Positions 58,700 through 64,000 of a stretch of DNA of 64,000 bases are shown piece after piece. A program made the position numbers and the translations under genes. Position 1 is the stretch's first letter, and every line of letters starts with the position of its first letter. Below the pieces are notes generated by a model, which saw only the letters and a program-made list of their open reading frames with translations, had not been told where the DNA came from and searched no databases. Origin of the DNA: Desulfosudaceae bacterium (lineage in GTDB: Bacteria; Desulfobacterota; Desulfobacteria; Desulfobacterales; Desulfosudaceae); NCBI GenBank assembly GCA_963674745.2, contig CAXXDV010000003.1:1248001-1312000 (forward strand). Reading direction: 5' to 3'.

Positions 58700-60964
58700 A
58701 TGCTCAAATGGAAAGATGACGCCGCTTTCATGGCGTCCCGATATATTAACCGGACCCATTGCCACGTTTTTCTCACGGGCCGGGCCGGCACCGGCAAGAC
58801 CACCTTTCTGCACGATATCCGACGCCATACCCATAAAAACACCATCGTGGCCGCACCCACGGGCATTGCCGCCATTAATGCCGAAGGCGTGACCCTGCAT
58901 TCCCTGTTTCAACTGCCGTTCGGCGCCTTTATTCCGGAAGATGCAATTTTCGGCGATCGTGCGCCCGCGTTTGAGATCAATACCCCCCGCACCTTGCACC
59001 GGCAACTTAAAATGAATGCCACCAAGCGCAAGATGCTGCAAAAGCTGGAGCTGCTGATCGTCGACGAGGTCAGCATGCTTCGGGCCGACCTGCTGGATGC
59101 CATAGATCATGTGTTACGCCGCATGCGCCGCCGACCTCAGCCCTTTGGCGGGGTCCAGGTTTTGTTCATCGGCGATCTGAACCAGCTGCCGCCGGTGATA
59201 AAAGATGCGGAATGGCAGATATTGAATCAATATTATGACACACTTTTCTTTTTCGGCGCCCGATCCCTTCAAGACAGACCGCCGGTCTATCTCGAGCTGG
59301 AGTATATCTACAGACAGACCGATCCGGTGTTTATCAATATTTTAAACCACGTTCGGGACGGGCAGGTCACGCAAGCGGATACCGAGCGTCTGAACCGCCA
59401 ACATCGCCCGGGCTTTACCCCTTCTGCAGGGGATGGGTATGTATTTCTCACCACCCACAACCGCAAGGCCGACCAAATCAACGGCGCTGAACTGGGGAAT
59501 CTGCCGGACCGGGAATATCATTACAAGGCCCTGGTGGAAGGCGTTTTTGACGAACACACCTATCCGGTAGATGCGGTTTTGACCCTGAAAAAAGGGGCCC
59601 AGGTCATGTTCATCAAAAATGATGTTTCCGGAGAAAGCCGGTTTTTCAACGGCAAAATAGGGACGGTGGATGAACTGCGAAAGGACGACATAAAGGTACG
59701 GTTTGATGACGACACCGAATCCGTATGGGTTGAACCCCACACCTGGGAGAACAAACGGTATACCCTGGATAAGACCACCAACGAGATCCAGGAAAAGGTG
59801 GTTGGCACGTTCGTCCATTTTCCTTTGAAACTGGCCTGGGCCATCACCATTCACAAGAGCCAGGGGCTAACTTTTGATCGTGCTGTAATTGACGTGTCCC
59901 GGGCATTTGCCGCCGGCCAGGTATATGTGGCCCTGTCCCGTCTGACCGCCCTGGACGGGCTTGTCCTGACCGACCCCTTTCGCTGGCAGGGCCATCGCCA
60001 GGATCCGGCGCTGGCATCCTTTGCCGCCCGGAAAAACACGACAAATGAATTAAAGAGCGGATTAAGCAATGCCGCTTCCGAATACCTGGGCCATGCCGCC
60101 AGGGATGCCTTTGATTTTTCCGGTCTCTGGGCCGCCATCCATCAACACATCCGCACCTATGATAAGGACGCAAACCGTTCACAAAAACAGCAGCACCTTC
60201 CCTGGGCCAGGACTCTCAAAGAAGATCTGGCGCCGGTCAGGACCGTTGCCGCTAAATTTATTAACCAGGTGGACGCCATTTTCCGTACCACCCCTCTGGA
60301 TGATGCCTTTCTGGCAGAGCGGGTTCAGGCGGCAGTGGATTATTTCGACCCCCTGTTGAAGGGCTTTTCCGATCGTATCGGCCAACATGCAGGCCGGATG
60401 AAGAAAACGGCGAAAGGGGTAAAAAAGTATTTACGGGAATTGGATGAACTTGAACTTCAGTTTTATGACTGTCGCCAGAAGATACACAAGGCTCTGGATC
60501 TGGTCCGGTCCTATCGCAGTGACCGTGAACTCACCCGCTCGGACATGGCAATTCCCGAGCACAGCGGCGCTGTTTCAGTTGTAAAAAGAGGACCTTCCAT
60601 CAAAACCGCGGGGAAGTCCGGCAAAAAAAAAGAAAAAATCGACACAAAGACCATTACCCTGCAATTGTTCGAGCAGGGAAAAACCATTGATGAAATCACG
60701 GCAGAGCGATCGCTGACCCGGCAAACCATTCAGGGCCATCTGGCCCACTGGATTGAAAACGGTACGATCCCCGTGAGCCGGCTGGTGACAGATGATGCCC
60801 TTGCCGACATCACTGCCGCCATCGACTATCTGCAGACATCCTATCTCAAACCCGTGTACGATTATTTTGACAAAAAATACGATTACAGCACGCTTCATTT
60901 TGCCGCCGCCCATCACCGGCGAATAGCCGGCCAGGCACCAGAGACCAAAGGGGGAGACGCTTGA
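58700..60964 (+). CDS. PIF1/RecD-like SF1B helicase with a C-terminal helix-turn-helix
   Basis: TGRAGTGKTT, APTGIAA, VDEVSM, GDLNQLPPV, YRQTD, AWAITIHKSQGLT, YVALSR; C-terminal GKTIDEITAERSLTRQTIQGHL. Confidence 0.9.
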   Translation: MLKWKDDAAFMASRYINRTHCHVFLTGRAGTGKTTFLHDIRRHTHKNTIVAAPTGIAAINAEGVTLHSLFQLPFGAFIPEDAIFGDRAPAFEINTPRTLHRQLKMNATKRKMLQKLELLIVDEVSMLRADLLDAIDHVLRRMRRRPQPFGGVQVLFIGDLNQLPPVIKDAEWQILNQYYDTLFFFGARSLQDRPPVYLELEYIYRQTDPVFINILNHVRDGQVTQADTERLNRQHRPGFTPSAGDGYVFLTTHNRKADQINGAELGNLPDREYHYKALVEGVFDEHTYPVDAVLTLKKGAQVMFIKNDVSGESRFFNGKIGTVDELRKDDIKVRFDDDTESVWVEPHTWENKRYTLDKTTNEIQEKVVGTFVHFPLKLAWAITIHKSQGLTFDRAVIDVSRAFAAGQVYVALSRLTALDGLVLTDPFRWQGHRQDPALASFAARKNTTNELKSGLSNAASEYLGHAARDAFDFSGLWAAIHQHIRTYDKDANRSQKQQHLPWARTLKEDLAPVRTVAAKFINQVDAIFRTTPLDDAFLAERVQAAVDYFDPLLKGFSDRIGQHAGRMKKTAKGVKKYLRELDELELQFYDCRQKIHKALDLVRSYRSDRELTRSDMAIPEHSGAVSVVKRGPSIKTAGKSGKKKEKIDTKTITLQLFEQGKTIDEITAERSLTRQTIQGHLAHWIENGTIPVSRLVTDDALADITAAIDYLQTSYLKPVYDYFDKKYDYSTLHFAAAHHRRIAGQAPETKGGDA

Positions 60965-61001
60965 AGCCTGTAATGGCCTATAATTTAAACAAAAAACAAA
61001 A

Positions 61002-61030
61002 TTGACAGGACCGGTCAGAAAAGGTATAAT
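61002..61030 (+). promoter_or_regulatory. Perfect-consensus sigma70 promoter with an A-rich UP element
   Basis: TTGACA-17 bp-TATAAT preceded by aaacaaaaaacaaaa. Confidence 0.8.
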
Positions 61031-61137
61031 TAAAAGAAATACCCCAAAACCCAATCTTTAAAGCATAATTGACTCTATCCATGAGCCTTACCGGGCTTAT
61101 CCAGGAGCAGGATGTCAGATAAGTTGAGCCGGCCATC

Positions 61138-64000
61138 ATGTCGATAGAACCGTTAGCATCGCTAATTTCCGGAACTGTTTTTAGTCTTATCTTACTGGGC
61201 CTGGTTGTCATCTTAAGTTTTGTGTCATGGTGGTTTATCCGGACCATGCTGATTGATCAGGTCACCGGCCGTGTTGAACAATACAATGCCGACCTGCATC
61301 AATGGGTGCTGCAAACAGACATCCTGAATTATCTGACGCTGTTTATTCCATTCATTCTCATCCGTATTTTAACGGCATTGTTTTCGATCGGTATGGGCGT
61401 TGTCGGCCCTTTGGTCGCGGCAGCAATGGACCTGCTGATGGTTCTGATTATTTTCACCATCATCTTTTCTCTGAACCGGTTACTGAAGGCACTTGGCATC
61501 AGCCGCCGCATAAAGAGCCAGGAAACACTCAAAGCCATTACCTTTTTCGGGCCCGGATTCGGATTGTTTCTGTCTCTTCTGTTAGGCCTCAAATGTTATT
61601 ACAATCTTTTGATGTTGCTTCCTGAACAATCCCCCGTGCTGAAACTGGTCTCGAGCGTTGCCTGTTGCATGGCTTTTTTGGCGATTATGATCTGGGTGCT
61701 TCGCGCAGAGGCAGCGGATCGGCTTGTTGCTTTCCGCCCGGCGCGACCATCGCGGTCCCCAAAACAGGAAGGCGACAAGCCAAACATCGGGAGCCATCGT
61801 ATCATGGATGCGGTTCTGTCTGAAGATACCGAGCTGCTGGGGCAGCTCTTTCAACAGGGAGCGGACGTTAACGCGATGACAGATAGCGGCAACATACCGC
61901 TGATCGAGGCCGTCAAGCACAATCTGATTGACATGGTTGCCCTGCTGCTGAAAAATGGTAGCCAGACAGAACTCCCGGATAAAGAGGGCTGGACAGCCCT
62001 GACCATGGCGGCCTGTAGCGGTGATATTAACAATGTCCGACAGTTGATTGGCAACGGAGCGGATGTAAACGCCCCGGATGGCCATGGATGGACGCCCTTT
62101 ACATGGGCGCTGCATAGCGGGCACAACGACGTCGAAAAACTGCTGATCGAAAAAGGCGCTCAAACCGACCGGAGTTATAGCTACAAATGGGCCCGGCTTC
62201 CGGACCGGGTAGCGATCCTGAACTTTCTTTTAAATCTTTACAAACTGCAAATCGGCGCCGGTCCGGACAGCGCCATGCGTTTTTTTCCTACAAGCTTTGA
62301 TGCCGATGCGTCGAACAATTCATATCGGCTGGAAATTAATATTGATGCGGATGCCGATCAGTGGTCATCCCGCATCATTTCTCTGAGCATGCTTGGAGAA
62401 GGGAGTGGCAGTAAAAGCCGTTGTTACAAAGTCATCTTTGATACTGCCTGGGTGGTAAAAATTCCGCCAAAGCCCATTACTCAATTTGAGGCATACAGCG
62501 ACGCGGTTAAGGCCGAAAGAATGACACTGGATCAGTTGTCCGATGATTTTATGTGCATTGCCCCCGGCATTGCAGATGTTTTGAAAAAGATCCCCGGGTT
62601 TAACCCGTCACAGGATATGGATTCGGCAGCCGCGGAAAAAATGGCCGTCGCATGGCTTACGGAAAACCCCGACTTTCAGAAATATTTAAAGATCGACAAC
62701 TGCTTTGCCTTTTTCATGGATATTTCCCGATACCTGTTTTTAGATCAATACCTCAAAAAACTCCACGCTCAGAAAATAACGGCTAAAATAAAGGCGGAAA
62801 TGGCCCGACAGCCTGCTCTCATTTCTAACCCCGGCGCCCTTGAAGCGACGTATGGCGAAAAAAACGGAGATATGTGCCATCATTTGCATGATTGCTGCCT
62901 CCAGTTTGAATCAGAAATGAGCCGATTGCTGAAAACGGACGAGACCGCTCCTCAGGTATCACCCCATGAACTGAAAACCTGGTTTGTGGCCCATGTCTTT
63001 AGACATTTATCAGATTTGAAACAGGTACTTTCCCCGGAACTGACAAAAAAAAGAACCGACTTGCTGCAATCATTGTCAAAAGAGTATGGCAACACCATGG
63101 ACATGTACCGAAAAATGGTTCTGAGTAGAATTGCTGCTAAAAACTTCAGGCATAGCGCCTCCCAGATGGCCGAAGTCATCCACGACCTGCTTTCATTGCT
63201 GGTAAAACTCCAGGAGCGGCGTATCAGCATGCGTGACTTAAAACCGGGCAACCTGTTCATTATCGACGAATCACCCGACAAATCATCGAAAACAGCTCTG
63301 GGAATTATCGATTTTGAAACGGCGATCCATCTCAATGATGAAGGCAAGCCCGGCAAGAACCCTTTTCTGGGTGGTACACCGTTTTACGCGACGCCCTCAC
63401 ATTTCTTCGATCATGAGACACTATATGATCTTTTAGGCGAAGTTGCGTCTGTTTATTATTATCAGGATTGGTACGCGGTTGTGGCAATAATTTACGAAAC
63501 TGTAACCGGTAAACTCCTTTTTATAGAAACTTCCCGCACCTTGATTAACGTCTTAAAAACCATTCAACGGAATGGGAAAGATACCGCCATGCGGACGGCG
63601 TACTTCAAATCAGAAAGTTTCAATTTCTGGCAAAGCGTGTGGCGGGAATTTGACGAGAAAACCACTGCCGAGGCTCACCGTTTAAAGAGGGTTATGGTGC
63701 CGCTGCCTGATGAGTTCCGAGAGTTACTTCTGGCCGGTTATCAAAAGCAGGAAAATGTTTGCCGGCAAAGAGTTGCCACCTTTATTTTGTCCGCAACACC
63801 CTTTAAAGATCAGCAGACCAATCAGAAATTGCTGGTATCACCGGCTAAGGCGATAAGAAAACGACTCGAAAACTGGAAAACCAACACCTGCGTTCCCCAG
63901 GTTAAGCCGGCCATGCGCAAAAAGATAATCGCCTTTTTTGACCGCCTGTCAATGTTGCAGCAACAGGCTGAAAAACTGGTCAAGCAATTTCAGCGCCTTG
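61138..64000 (+). CDS. Membrane protein with ankyrin repeats and a Ser/Thr kinase domain; runs off the window and is absent from the ORF track
   Basis: Manual frame +1 translation: about 5 hydrophobic helices; ankyrin repeats (GADVNA, GWTALTMAA, GWTPFTWA); LGEGSGS 62392, VVKIP 62452, MRDLKPGN 63229, IDFE, GGTPFYATP, QDWYA. Confidence 0.85.
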   Translation, partial: MSIEPLASLISGTVFSLILLGLVVILSFVSWWFIRTMLIDQVTGRVEQYNADLHQWVLQTDILNYLTLFIPFILIRILTALFSIGMGVVGPLVAAAMDLLMVLIIFTIIFSLNRLLKALGISRRIKSQETLKAITFFGPGFGLFLSLLLGLKCYYNLLMLLPEQSPVLKLVSSVACCMAFLAIMIWVLRAEAADRLVAFRPARPSRSPKQEGDKPNIGSHRIMDAVLSEDTELLGQLFQQGADVNAMTDSGNIPLIEAVKHNLIDMVALLLKNGSQTELPDKEGWTALTMAACSGDINNVRQLIGNGADVNAPDGHGWTPFTWALHSGHNDVEKLLIEKGAQTDRSYSYKWARLPDRVAILNFLLNLYKLQIGAGPDSAMRFFPTSFDADASNNSYRLEINIDADADQWSSRIISLSMLGEGSGSKSRCYKVIFDTAWVVKIPPKPITQFEAYSDAVKAERMTLDQLSDDFMCIAPGIADVLKKIPGFNPSQDMDSAAAEKMAVAWLTENPDFQKYLKIDNCFAFFMDISRYLFLDQYLKKLHAQKITAKIKAEMARQPALISNPGALEATYGEKNGDMCHHLHDCCLQFESEMSRLLKTDETAPQVSPHELKTWFVAHVFRHLSDLKQVLSPELTKKRTDLLQSLSKEYGNTMDMYRKMVLSRIAAKNFRHSASQMAEVIHDLLSLLVKLQERRISMRDLKPGNLFIIDESPDKSSKTALGIIDFETAIHLNDEGKPGKNPFLGGTPFYATPSHFFDHETLYDLLGEVASVYYYQDWYAVVAIIYETVTGKLLFIETSRTLINVLKTIQRNGKDTAMRTAYFKSESFNFWQSVWREFDEKTTAEAHRLKRVMVPLPDEFRELLLAGYQKQENVCRQRVATFILSATPFKDQQTNQKLLVSPAKAIRKRLENWKTNTCVPQVKPAMRKKIIAFFDRLSMLQQQAEKLVKQFQRL

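Overview
Bacterial chromosomal window. The gene set and protein similarity suggest an anaerobic Gram-negative Desulfobacterota-like organism (inference). Core and metabolic blocks: two acyl-CoA dehydrogenases (one a non-decarboxylating glutaryl-CoA dehydrogenase), an acyl-CoA ligase/thiolase/DUF362 operon, a complete oleABCD olefin cluster, waaA, tig-clpP-clpX-lon and four tRNAs (Asp, Val, Leu, Pro). The most notable locus (30044-38487) has two small exported proteins whose predicted mature N-termini begin GGG, next to TolC, a GAF-fused adaptor, a MacB-type ATPase and permease, and an Lnt paralog. This is the component set of the enterobacterial Aat glycine-acylation secretion system, here with an added GAF domain. 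Other accessory features: an unannotated four-gene exported-protein operon (a 1372-aa protein with a kinase-like domain plus a beta-barrel), a membrane/ankyrin/Ser-Thr kinase missing from the ORF track, a decayed island behind tRNA-Pro, and several small repeat families (MITE-like, GTAG-REPs nested in other hairpins, inverted 8-mer arrays). All family calls come from motifs recognised by eye; no database searches were run.
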